A stretch of 64,000 bases of DNA. It comes from an uncultured Candidatus Melainabacteria bacterium (GTDB lineage: Bacteria; Cyanobacteriota; Vampirovibrionia; Gastranaerophilales; Gastranaerophilaceae). The DNA is taken from positions 50,100 to 114,099 of the forward strand of contig CATJOM010000054.1 of NCBI GenBank assembly GCA_949741915.1. The letters are read 5' to 3'. Positions within the stretch are counted from its first letter, which is position 1; each line of letters opens with the position of its first letter. The position numbers and the translations under genes were made by a program. Under the pieces are notes generated by a model. That model saw only the letters and a program-made list of their open reading frames with translations, made no database searches and had not been told where the DNA came from. This document shows, piece after piece, positions 55,910 to 64,000 of the stretch.

Positions 55910-57311
55910 TTTCTTCGCTGCTTTCAGCTTGATTTCTTGCCATAGCTGTTGACTTTGTTATAATTGTATACTGATTCTTTTTTGAAGATTTTTTAAACCA
56001 ATAATAAATATTTTTTGCAACGCGCACTGGCGAATGCCTTACAAAACCTTCCTTGTTATCTTCTATTAATTTTGCAGCAACAATTTCCACCCCAAGTTTC
56101 TTGATTTCACCGCTGTCCACTTCTACTGGAAGAGAATCCTTCTCTTCGTATTTTTTTGCAAGGTTATTTGGAAGTTGATTATTAATTAATACGGCATCCA
56201 CAAAAGGTCTTCCTTCCTCCTTGAAGCCTTTTGCGCCTGATTTTTCCATGTGTTTAAAAATAGCTTTTAAATGGTCAGAAACGCTATAGTTATCGGTTTC
56301 ACCAGGCTGTGTCATAATATTGCAGATATATATTTTTTTTGCCTTTGATGCCTCTATGGCTTTCGAAACCCCTTCCACAAGAAGGTTTGGGATAATGGAT
56401 GTATATAAGCTGCCTGGGCCAAGAATAATTAAATCTGCACTGTTTATGGCCTCTATAACTTCGTTTGAAGGTTTACAAACAGCAGGCTCAGAGCAAAGTT
56501 CTACTATTTTCTTGCCAGATTCTGGTATGTGGCTCTCGCCTTTTACAAAGGAACCGTCTTCCATTTTTGCCACAAGGCGCATATCATCTGTAGTTGCAGG
56601 AATTACCTTGCCCCTGATGAGCAAAACTTTTGAGGATTCTTTGATTGCAGTAATCATATCACCGCAAATTGCGCTCATTGCTGTAATAAACAAATTTCCA
56701 AAACTGTGCCCCTCAAGCCCTTCGCCTGTCCTGAATCTATATTGAAATAGCTGGGTTACAATATCATCATCATCAGCCAGGGCTGCAATGCAGTTTCTAA
56801 TATCGCCAGGAGGTAAAATTCCCATTTCTTCTCTTAATCTGCCTGATGAACCGCCATCATCTCCAACGGTAACAATTGCCGTAATGTTGTTTGTAATTTT
56901 TTTTATACCGCGGAGCATCGTTGAAAGCCCTGTGCCACCACCAATTGCCACTATTTTAGGTCCGTGATTTAATTTCATCTTGCGATATAAGGCTTCCCCG
57001 ATTGCATCTTGGCTTCTCTGCCCCTTTAAATCAAGCATTGAGAAATTTGTTTTTTTCCATGCTTGTATGAAAATATACGTTCCAAATCCTATAAACACAA
57101 GCCCAGCAAGCTCTGCTGGTACAATGTGAAATATTTTTTTAGCTGTTGAAACAATAAAATAAATGGGTTCAAGCTTAAATAATAGCGTAATGCCTATGGC
57201 TGCAAGTACTGAGCCCAAAACAATCAATGCAAACCATCTTTTTATCCTTAATCCTGGAACAAGCCAAATTGCATCTTTTGGCATCTTTACTTTAGAATTA
57301 AAAAATCTCAT
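55875..57311 (-). CDS. yvcK: YvcK/CofD-family gluconeogenesis factor-like protein with N-terminal TM segments
   Basis: 'IVAIGGGTGLSTMLRGIKK', 'LPPGDIRNCIAALA', 'IILGPGSLYTSIIPNLLV'. Two or three N-terminal TM helices. A basic/acidic C-terminal tail overlaps the panB start by 35 nt. Confidence 0.75.
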   Translation of the reverse strand: MRFFNSKVKMPKDAIWLVPGLRIKRWFALIVLGSVLAAIGITLLFKLEPIYFIVSTAKKIFHIVPAELAGLVFIGFGTYIFIQAWKKTNFSMLDLKGQRSQDAIGEALYRKMKLNHGPKIVAIGGGTGLSTMLRGIKKITNNITAIVTVGDDGGSSGRLREEMGILPPGDIRNCIAALADDDDIVTQLFQYRFRTGEGLEGHSFGNLFITAMSAICGDMITAIKESSKVLLIRGKVIPATTDDMRLVAKMEDGSFVKGESHIPESGKKIVELCSEPAVCKPSNEVIEAINSADLIILGPGSLYTSIIPNLLVEGVSKAIEASKAKKIYICNIMTQPGETDNYSVSDHLKAIFKHMEKSGAKGFKEEGRPFVDAVLINNQLPNNLAKKYEEKDSLPVEVDSGEIKKLGVEIVAAKLIEDNKEGFVRHSPVRVAKNIYYWFKKSSKKNQYTIITKSTAMARNQAESSEENEEKRKENSKL

Positions 57312-57329
57312 AAGCTTTAGATTACTATC

Positions 57330-57974
57330 CTATATTTGTTCTTTCACTTTGTTATAATTTATGGGACTTGGCTTAATAACATCATAGGCCCTTTTTGCAT
57401 TCTCGATTGCAGAAAAGTGCACAGTATCGGGCTTTATGTCCATTTCCCTCAGCTGTCTTATTGACATATTATTGTCAAACATAACTTCATATGCACAATT
57501 AATCTTGACATCATTTTCAATAATATTTTTAATTTCTGGATTTCCGACAATTAAATTAAGCCAGGGATTAAATTTTTTAATAGCTGCTGCAACGCTTTTT
57601 GCAAAAACAGAGTCATTATTTAGTTTTTCATACATTGCGCCATGACATCTTACATGTTCTATGTCAGTATTCAGGGCGTTTGAGAAGGCTGAAATAGCTC
57701 CAAGCTGGTAAATTACCATTGCCTCGACCTCATCCTCTGCCATATCCATATTTCTGTAGCCAAATCCTGAGATATCTGGATATCCGATATGTGCACCCAC
57801 AGCTAGATTGCAGCTTTTTGCGAATTCCAGAGCTTTTTTTATACTCAGTGGGTCACCTGCATGAAAACCTGCTGAAATATTTACAGAGCTCATATATTTT
57901 GCTATTTCAAAGGCTTTTTCGTTTTTATAAATTCCATATTCCTGTGCTAAGTCAGAGTTAAAGTCAAACACCAT
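57330..57974 (-). CDS. LamB/YcsF (5-oxoprolinase subunit A, PxpA)-like protein, divergent
   Basis: 'VNISAGFHAGDP' and 'AVGAHIGYPD' match the family. The N-terminal 'DLGE' position reads 'DLAQ'. ATG at 57974, with GAGG 8 nt upstream. Confidence 0.55.
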   Translation of the reverse strand: MVFDFNSDLAQEYGIYKNEKAFEIAKYMSSVNISAGFHAGDPLSIKKALEFAKSCNLAVGAHIGYPDISGFGYRNMDMAEDEVEAMVIYQLGAISAFSNALNTDIEHVRCHGAMYEKLNNDSVFAKSVAAAIKKFNPWLNLIVGNPEIKNIIENDVKINCAYEVMFDNNMSIRQLREMDIKPDTVHFSAIENAKRAYDVIKPSPINYNKVKEQI

Positions 57975-58086
57975 CAATAATCCTCATACTTTTTAAGATA
58001 ATTATACTACAAAAAAAATAAAGTATACTCATTTGGTATTTTTAAATTATAATAAATAAAAAAAAGTTAGGCTGGTATTATTTATT

Positions 58087-58740
58087 ATGAATGAAAATGT
58101 TTTTGTAGTTAATCATCCGCTAGTAGCGCATAATTTGACAATTTTAAGGGATAAAAATACTGATACTGAAAAGTTTAATCATGCTCTCAAAAGAATATTT
58201 TATGCCCTGCTTTTTGAGGGTGCAAAGTTTCTTCCGACTATTGAAAAATCAGTGTCTACGCCAATTTGCGATACAAATGGCATAGTAATAAATCCTGATA
58301 TTGAAATAATAGTATCGCCCATATTGCGCGCAGGGCTTGTATTTTCAGATATCGCACAAGAACTTTTGCCTTTCTGCCATATTCACCATCTTGGAATGTA
58401 TAGGAATGAAGCTACTTTGGAGCCAATATGGTATTATAACAAGATGAAAGGTAAATTAAAAGATCCTGAAAAAACTTTTGTATTCATTCTTGATCCAATG
58501 CTTGCTACGGGAAACTCTGGCTATGACGCAGTTCATAATTTTATAAAACAAAAAATTCCTCAGCAAAATATAATTTTTATAAGCCTGATAGCCGCGCCAA
58601 CAGGAGTTGAAAGGCTTACTGCAGCTTATTCGGGCATAAAGATTATAACTTCCAAAATTGATGAAAAGTTAAACGATAAGGGCTACATTGTACCTGGGCT
58701 TGGAGATGCAGGCGATAGAATATTTAATACAGTTTATTAG
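58087..58740 (+). CDS. upp: Uracil phosphoribosyltransferase
   Basis: 'VVNHPLVAHNLTILRDKNT', 'ILDPMLATGNSG', 'YIVPGLGDAGDRIFNT'. Confidence 0.93.
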   Translation: MNENVFVVNHPLVAHNLTILRDKNTDTEKFNHALKRIFYALLFEGAKFLPTIEKSVSTPICDTNGIVINPDIEIIVSPILRAGLVFSDIAQELLPFCHIHHLGMYRNEATLEPIWYYNKMKGKLKDPEKTFVFILDPMLATGNSGYDAVHNFIKQKIPQQNIIFISLIAAPTGVERLTAAYSGIKIITSKIDEKLNDKGYIVPGLGDAGDRIFNTVY

Positions 58741-59226
58741 CTAAATTATTATTTAAAATTTAGTTAATAACTATATGCTAATTATAGAATATAGTTAATT
58801 TGTCTAAAATTATCTCATTATCTTGAAAACTTTTAACCTTAAAAGCTTTATTGGTTCTGCACTTTCTGCTAGTCTATATTTTTCTTTTTAGATACATGCG
58901 AATACGAAAATAATATATATTCTATCTTTGGAATATATATTGTCATCATTTAGATATGGCACTCACCCCCCTCCCCTTTTTTTTGTTTTTCTATTGGGGC
59001 ATGTCGAGAAAACATTTTGCTGCAGCGCTGTGCCAGATTCTTAATTTTTTTTATTTCAAAATCAGTTTTTCTTTAGTAATTTTTTATATTCCAAAATTGG
59101 AATGCGATTAGACTGCTCATCTTTTGCTAACAATAGTCTTATTGAAAGTAATTAACATTTAGTGCAATTTTATGCTAGAAGCCTTGCCTAAAAGCCTCTA
59201 TTGCATAGGGTTTTCCTTTTAGCATA

Positions 59227-59445
59227 TCATTTATCAAATTTTAAAAGCTCATAAGGCTCTACCCCAAGAGCCTTTGCTATATCATAAAGCCTTGATAGGA
59301 AAGTATCATTTTTTGCAATCTCTAAATTACCTATAGCGCCTGGTGTTACGCCAATTTGCAACGCTATATCCAGCTGTGTTAGCCCCTTCTTTTCCCTTAA
59401 AGTTTTTATATTATTTGCAATTTTTTTAATAAATTCTCTGTTCAT
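59227..59445 (-). CDS. XRE-family helix-turn-helix transcriptional regulator
   Basis: 'IKTLREKKGLTQLDIALQIGVTPGAIGNLEIAKN...LYDIAKALGVEPYELL'. 72 aa. Confidence 0.8.
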   Translation of the reverse strand: MNREFIKKIANNIKTLREKKGLTQLDIALQIGVTPGAIGNLEIAKNDTFLSRLYDIAKALGVEPYELLKFDK

Positions 59446-59478
59446 TTTTGAATTATCTGCTCTAATTCGGTATATATC

Positions 59479-59509
59479 AATCAGTTATACTTTATAAGTA
59501 TAACTGATT
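59479..59509. promoter_or_regulatory. Perfect 14-bp inverted repeat (candidate operator) in the divergent XRE promoter region
   Basis: AATCAGTTATACTT-TAT-AAGTATAACTGATT. It lies 34 bp from the XRE ATG (59445) and 24 bp from the divergent ORF ATG (59533). Confidence 0.6.
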
Positions 59510-59532
59510 AAAAATAGGAAAGGTATTCAAGT

Positions 59533-59721
59533 ATGAAAAATGAATCATTAAATAATCAAATGGCAAATAAGCTAATAAATATAGAAGATAAGGTTATTGA
59601 AATCGAGCATCTTACAGGTATTTTAACCATTTGGATTAAAGATAATGCCTATGAAATGATTCCTGTCGTTCAAATATTAAATGATAAATTCAATAAATTA
59701 AAAGAAATTATTCAAAAATAA
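59533..59721 (+). CDS. Small hypothetical protein (62 aa) divergent from XRE regulator
   Basis: ATG preceded by GGAAAGG. Predicted helical, 'NKLINIEDKVIEIEHLTGIL...KFNKLKEIIQK'. No family recognised. Confidence 0.4.
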   Translation: MKNESLNNQMANKLINIEDKVIEIEHLTGILTIWIKDNAYEMIPVVQILNDKFNKLKEIIQK

Positions 59722-60366
59722 TATTCCAAAACAGGCATTTAATTATAATTTATGTATTGAAGTCAGAAAACTTTACTGTTCATTATTTATGTCATATATT
59801 TGTTATCTGCTAAAATGTATCTTTTATAAAAAATGTCAATAATGCACGTATACTAATAATATTACACTTTAGGCATATATCTTAGCAAATTTTTAAGCTA
59901 TAAGGCTCTTTTCAAAGAGCTTTTACAATGGAAAATCTTATTGCGGTTGTATGGCCTTCTTGGGTTTTAATATTTGTAATACCCTTTGCGGTTGTGTCAA
60001 TCTCAAGTGCAAACTCTAGCTGGATTGTGCCTTTTGCCTCTTAAATGCTTAATAATTTGTATTTTTGTCCTTTTTATAATTGTCTGTCAGGATTCATTAT
60101 AAAACAATCATTAATATTTGGTTACTAATATTGATAATATGGTTAAACTATGAAAAATCTTGAATTATCGTAAAATAAAATATATAAGCTTGGCTTGAAG
60201 ATAGAATTATAGATATTTATGCAACTGTTACAATGTTTGATATCTGGGTAAAAGATAGCCGCTTTAAGTTTTTTGATTGCTGATATTTTAAGTTAACTAG
60301 TGGAAAATTTTTGTTATTCTAAAATCATATTCTCATACAGGCTAAAACCTTGCAGGAGTGTGTCGT

Positions 60367-60591
60367 TCAGTGTTTAGTACAGCAGGAAGCTTGCGTAGCG
60401 CCTTTTTGAACCCCATTTGCTAAAATTGTAACCTCATTTTTGCGCACGTCTACTATAGCCCATCGCACAGGAACAAGACCAGCTTGCATTATGCCGTTTT
60501 CAATCTGTTGAATTATGCTCTCCGAGCCGTTTTTAAGAATTATTTTTATACTTTTTTCAATTATAGCCATAGTTTTGCTCGTTATTTGCAC
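60367..60591 (-). CDS. Small hypothetical protein downstream of nupC
   Basis: 74 aa from the GTG at 60591, or 67 aa from the ATG at 60570. Ends 'ASCCTKH'. No family recognised. Confidence 0.35.
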   Translation of the reverse strand: MQITSKTMAIIEKSIKIILKNGSESIIQQIENGIMQAGLVPVRWAIVDVRKNEVTILANGVQKGATQASCCTKH

Positions 60592-60664
60592 GCATTTTAT
60601 ATAAAATTAGCCTATACCCCTTGTGCTGCAATGCTTTTATGCGTGAATACAGCATAGAGGCTTG

Positions 60665-61939
60665 TTACATAAGTATTCCAGCCATGCAGGCGGATACGTA
60701 TGAAGCAAAGGTACCGCAAATTAAAGCCCGTACGCCTAATTGCGCCAATTCAGAGCGTCGATCAGGCGCAAGTTCGCCTATACCGCCTATTTGAATGGCA
60801 ATGGAGCCGAAGTTTGCAAAGCCGCATAGGGCAAAACTTGCTATTGTCAATGCTTTTGGCGTGATAAAATCCTTGATAGCCACTAAATCCGTATATGCAA
60901 TGAATTCATTCAAAACTAATTTTTCACCCATTAAACTGCCAACGGCAGAAATATCAGAAAAAGGTACACCCATAATTAGTGCAAATAGGCTAAAAAAGGC
61001 TCCTAGTAATGTTTTTAGGCTAAGATGATTTAGGTCTAAAAATGGCAGATTTATGTGTAGTACGTGGAAAAGGAACTGCCCAAAACCCGCTAGAAGCCAG
61101 TCTATCATGGCTATTAACGCAAGCAGTGCAATTAACATCGCAATTACATTTAATGATACCTTCATGCCATCGCTGGCCCCGTGTGCAATTGCATCAATCA
61201 GATTGACATGTGTTTTTTCAATATTTACAGAGACATTATCTTTGGTCTTGCTTGTTTCAACTTCGGGATAGACTATTTTTGAAATCACCAAAGCGCCTGG
61301 TGCTGCCATTATTGAGGCTGCAAGCAAAAATTTTGCCGGAACTCCCATAGCGATGTAAATTGCCATTACACCCCCTGCTATACAAGCCATTGAGCCTGTC
61401 ATGCTGGCCAAAAGTTCAGATTTTGTTGCGGTTGCGAGGTAGGGGCGAATCATAATCTGGGCTTCGACCTGCCCAACAAAGGCACTTGCAATATTTGATA
61501 GCGCCTCGGCCCCTGAAACATCCATAATTTTGTACATTATTTTGGCAAAAAACGCCACTACACGCTGCATTATGCCGAAATAATATAGAATATTCACAAT
61601 TGCCATAACAAAAATTATCGTCGCCATTACCTTTATAGCAAATAAAAACGAGGCTCCTGGGTAAAATAGTGAGTCAATTTTATCTGGTGAATTGTTTAAA
61701 AAACCAAAAACAAAGTCAGCACCCGAGTTTGAGAACTGCAGAATTTTTTCAATGCCTGCAGCAACGACCTCTATTATTTTTTGTCCTAATGGAACTTTTA
61801 AAATAAAAACAGCAAGGAAAAATTGAAGTATTAGCCCTGAAGCGACAGTTTTAATGCTAATTTTTTTCTTATTGTTCGACATTAAAAAACATATTAAAAG
61901 TATAATTATAATGCCAAAAATACCGGTAAATCTTTCCAA
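60665..61939 (-). CDS. nupC: NupC-family concentrative nucleoside transporter
   Basis: 424 aa, polytopic. 'GIFGIIIILLICFLMSNNKKKISIKTVASGLILQFFLAVFILK' N-terminus and 'GFANFGSIAIQIGGIG' near the C-terminus are typical CNT motifs. Confidence 0.88.
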   Translation of the reverse strand: MERFTGIFGIIIILLICFLMSNNKKKISIKTVASGLILQFFLAVFILKVPLGQKIIEVVAAGIEKILQFSNSGADFVFGFLNNSPDKIDSLFYPGASFLFAIKVMATIIFVMAIVNILYYFGIMQRVVAFFAKIMYKIMDVSGAEALSNIASAFVGQVEAQIMIRPYLATATKSELLASMTGSMACIAGGVMAIYIAMGVPAKFLLAASIMAAPGALVISKIVYPEVETSKTKDNVSVNIEKTHVNLIDAIAHGASDGMKVSLNVIAMLIALLALIAMIDWLLAGFGQFLFHVLHINLPFLDLNHLSLKTLLGAFFSLFALIMGVPFSDISAVGSLMGEKLVLNEFIAYTDLVAIKDFITPKALTIASFALCGFANFGSIAIQIGGIGELAPDRRSELAQLGVRALICGTFASYVSACMAGILM

Positions 61940-62070
61940 AATGCTATTCTCCCTCGCACTTTTTATGCATTATTATACAATATCTGCGGCATTATTTGCA
62001 ATAAGTTTTATGATAAAATTATTTAAAACTGCAGAATGGGTGAAAACCCTGCTAAGATAGGATTTGAGCT

Positions 62071-62601
62071 ATGATTGATTTTAAATTAGTAAAGTCGGAT
62101 GATGACATAAAAAAATTGGCAAATTTGGCAAAAGAAATTTGGTATGAATATTGGCCGATTTTACTAAAATCAGCTCAAATTCAGTATATGGTGGAAAAAT
62201 TTCAATCTTATTTTGCCATTAAATGCCAGATTTGGAATGAAGGTTATATTTATAAGATTATTTCAATGGATGGCGAAAATGTAGGATATTATGGAGTTTC
62301 ACTAAAGGATAAAAAAGTTTGGCAATCTTTTGAAGAAAATATTGATAAATATTTGTTTCTTTCAAAATTGTATATAAAGGTTGGATATAGGGCTAAAAGT
62401 CTTGGTAGACAGGCTTTTTTGGATATAAAAAATATTGCGCACGCTCAAAAACTTGATTATATCTATCTTACAGTTAATAAACATAATGTGAATGCCATCA
62501 AAGTCTATGAAAAATGGGGTTTTCACATAGTAGAAGAAGCTATAACCAATATAGGACAAGGGTTTGTAATGGATGATTACATTATGCAATACAAAATTTA
62601 A
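62071..62601 (+). CDS. GNAT-family N-acetyltransferase
   Basis: 'LSKLYIKVGYRAKSLGRQAFLDI...IYLTVNKHNVNAIKVYEKWGFHIVEE' (acetyl-CoA loop plus the 'N..A...YEK.GF' motif). Confidence 0.65.
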   Translation: MIDFKLVKSDDDIKKLANLAKEIWYEYWPILLKSAQIQYMVEKFQSYFAIKCQIWNEGYIYKIISMDGENVGYYGVSLKDKKVWQSFEENIDKYLFLSKLYIKVGYRAKSLGRQAFLDIKNIAHAQKLDYIYLTVNKHNVNAIKVYEKWGFHIVEEAITNIGQGFVMDDYIMQYKI

Positions 62602-62757
62602 CAGGTATATTACAATTTTGGCATATATTTAAAACGCAGTTATAAAAGGCTTGTTGTGCTTTGGTTGATTTTTGGAATGAAGTTTTTCTTAAGTTTAGCG
62701 CACTAAGTGCAACCCCTATGTTTCCAAAACCTTATTATTACCATACTGCAGGCCCTA

Positions 62758-63570
62758 CTACTCCTCAAATGCCATTGGGGTAGTGTTTTTCAGGGTTCTA
62801 ACAAGCTCTAAGTCAATATTGGCATATATTGCACACTCGCTGTCTTTTGCATCTGCTAGGATTTCAGCATTTGGCGATATTATCATAGAATCTCCTGTAC
62901 TGCCCAATATTCCTGCATTTCCACATTGGTTTGATGTCACAAAATATACAAGGTTTTCATTCGCCCTGGTGATACTCAAGCATCTGAAAATCCTAGAATT
63001 TAGTTCTTTCTGACCATTGATGCTCTTCAAAAACGCCCAGGCAGAAGGGCTCACAATTATTTCGGCCCCCTTTTGCATGAGTTTTCTGTAATGCAGGGGA
63101 TATTTTATATCAAAACAAATACTAAGCCCAACCCTTGCAAAGTCTAAATTTGCAACCAAAATTTCATCTCCAGGCGTTATTCTTTCATTCTCTGTGCCGC
63201 CAAAATACTTAAAAAGGTGAATTTTTCTGTATTTTACAACAGTTTTTCCTTCTCTATTCAGCACAAACATAGTATTATAAAGCTTCTCGCCCTCTTTTGT
63301 TATAACAGTTCCTGCGGCAATGTTTGTATTATATTTTTTGGCAACATTTGCCATCAATTCTATTGGTTTGCCGCCTTCTGGCGATACAGGATTTTCGACG
63401 TATTTGTGTGAAACCCCTGTTGTAAAGAATTCTGGCAAAACCAATAAATCCACAGGCTTTTTGTCAACATTGGTTTCCATAAAATTATCAATTATTCTCT
63501 GAATCTTTTCAAGGTTTTCATCCATTTTATTCAAAATTGGCTCAAACTGTATACTTAAAATACCTGCCAT
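62758..63570 (-). CDS. Carbon-nitrogen hydrolase (nitrilase superfamily amidohydrolase)
   Basis: Glu-Lys-Cys triad contexts 'LLVLPEFF', 'YRKIHLF' and 'LSICFDIKYP'. Confidence 0.75.
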   Translation of the reverse strand: MAGILSIQFEPILNKMDENLEKIQRIIDNFMETNVDKKPVDLLVLPEFFTTGVSHKYVENPVSPEGGKPIELMANVAKKYNTNIAAGTVITKEGEKLYNTMFVLNREGKTVVKYRKIHLFKYFGGTENERITPGDEILVANLDFARVGLSICFDIKYPLHYRKLMQKGAEIIVSPSAWAFLKSINGQKELNSRIFRCLSITRANENLVYFVTSNQCGNAGILGSTGDSMIISPNAEILADAKDSECAIYANIDLELVRTLKNTTPMAFEE

Positions 63571-63727
63571 AGTGTTGTTTCTCTCTCCTGGTCTTACTAT
63601 AGATTGATTGTACCATAAATTAATCTCCTTTGTGTGGTTTTAACTTTGAACCATTGTATTTAAGACGCATTTTGTTTCAAACTTTCCTATCTAGATATTA
63701 AATATTTGCGTTAAACATTTGTTTTGG

Positions 63728-63736
63728 TGCTATAAT
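63728..63736 (+). promoter_or_regulatory. Extended -10 element (TGcTATAAT)
   Basis: TG at 63728..63729 and TATAAT at 63731..63736, about 27 bp upstream of the ATG at 63763. No good -35. Confidence 0.3.
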
Positions 63737-63762
63737 TTTTCTTGCATCAATAAGGAAAAAAT

Positions 63763-64000
63763 ATGAGTATTTTTGAAGCAATTATGATGTTGTGTTTTGG
63801 CGCCAGCTGGCCTTTTCAGGTTGCAAAAACTTATAGAACAAAAAATGTTGAAGGAAAGAGTATATTTTTTCTTTGGCTTGTAATAATAGGGTATTTGGCT
63901 GGGATTATACACAAGGTCTTGCATAATAATGACTGGGTGATTTATTTATATATTTTAAATATGCTGCTTGTATCGTTGGATACATTTTTTTATTACAGAT
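63763..64000 (+). CDS. PQ-loop / SemiSWEET-like small membrane transporter (3' end runs off the window)
   Basis: Not in the ORF track because there is no stop in the window. ATG at 63763, with AAGGA upstream. 'MSIFEAIMMLCFGASWPFQVAKTYRTKNVEGKSIFFLWLVIIGYLAGIIHKVL..' has a PQ motif followed by a basic K/R stretch, as in SemiSWEETs. Three predicted TM helices. Confidence 0.55.
   Translation, partial: MSIFEAIMMLCFGASWPFQVAKTYRTKNVEGKSIFFLWLVIIGYLAGIIHKVLHNNDWVIYLYILNMLLVSLDTFFYYR

Noticed and set aside
58966-58984. C6-T-C4-T8 tract as a phase-variable promoter spacer
   Set aside because: It lies more than 220 bp from any gene start and downstream of both flanking genes (upp and the XRE gene converge on it). 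A promoter-spacer role is therefore implausible. It is kept only as a descriptive oddity of the island.
59928-60044. 38-codon hydrophobic ORF (MENLIAVVWPSWVLIFVIPFAVVSISSANSSWIVPFAS), a possible type I toxin or small membrane peptide
   Set aside because: It has no RBS. Its ATG lies 4 nt after a terminator-like hairpin with a T-run. There is no antisense-RNA signature that I could see.

Overview
AT-rich (about one-third G+C by eye), densely packed bacterial chromosomal window with about 60 protein-coding genes on both strands. All homology calls come from motif recognition by eye on the supplied translations; no searches were run.

Housekeeping content: minC-minD-minE-rplI, pckA, ahcY, ffh/rpsP, panB-panC, yvcK-like, upp, nupC, uppS, rdgB, folE2, tyrA, rlmD, mtaB, manC, rfbD, an aminotransferase, and a peptide ABC binding protein plus a lone ATPase. 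Envelope genes (LptF/G-family permease, kdsB, a TpsA/TpsB two-partner secretion pair, an Amidase_3 amidase) indicate a diderm. I saw no rRNA, tRNA, CRISPR array, transposase or integrase.

No single clear-cut novel system stands out. The points most worth a second look are:
1. Two homopolymer-linked reading-frame breaks. A C8 tract sits in front of a repeat-containing membrane or surface protein, and a T6/A6 tract lies inside a CheR-like methyltransferase.
2. A recurring N-terminal 'M-x-I-N ... N-F-x-G' motif on otherwise unrelated proteins that lack signal peptides.
3. A candidate promoter-to-terminator small RNA, followed by a GC-rich 10-bp x3 tandem repeat.
4. Unusually extended MinC and MinE.
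5. A tandem pair of divergent GNAT-like paralogs.
6. A TpsA exoprotein with a non-repetitive C-terminal domain, an adjacent TPR protein, and an orphan Flp-type pilin nearby.
7. A 4.7-kb block of uncharacterised genes: PH-like membrane proteins, a zinc-ribbon/RGG protein with an internal duplication, a double GNAT-like protein, and a membrane protein with a degenerate cyclase-like domain.
8. A small XRE switch with a perfect 14-bp inverted-repeat operator, inside a gene-poor 1.6-kb island between upp and nupC.
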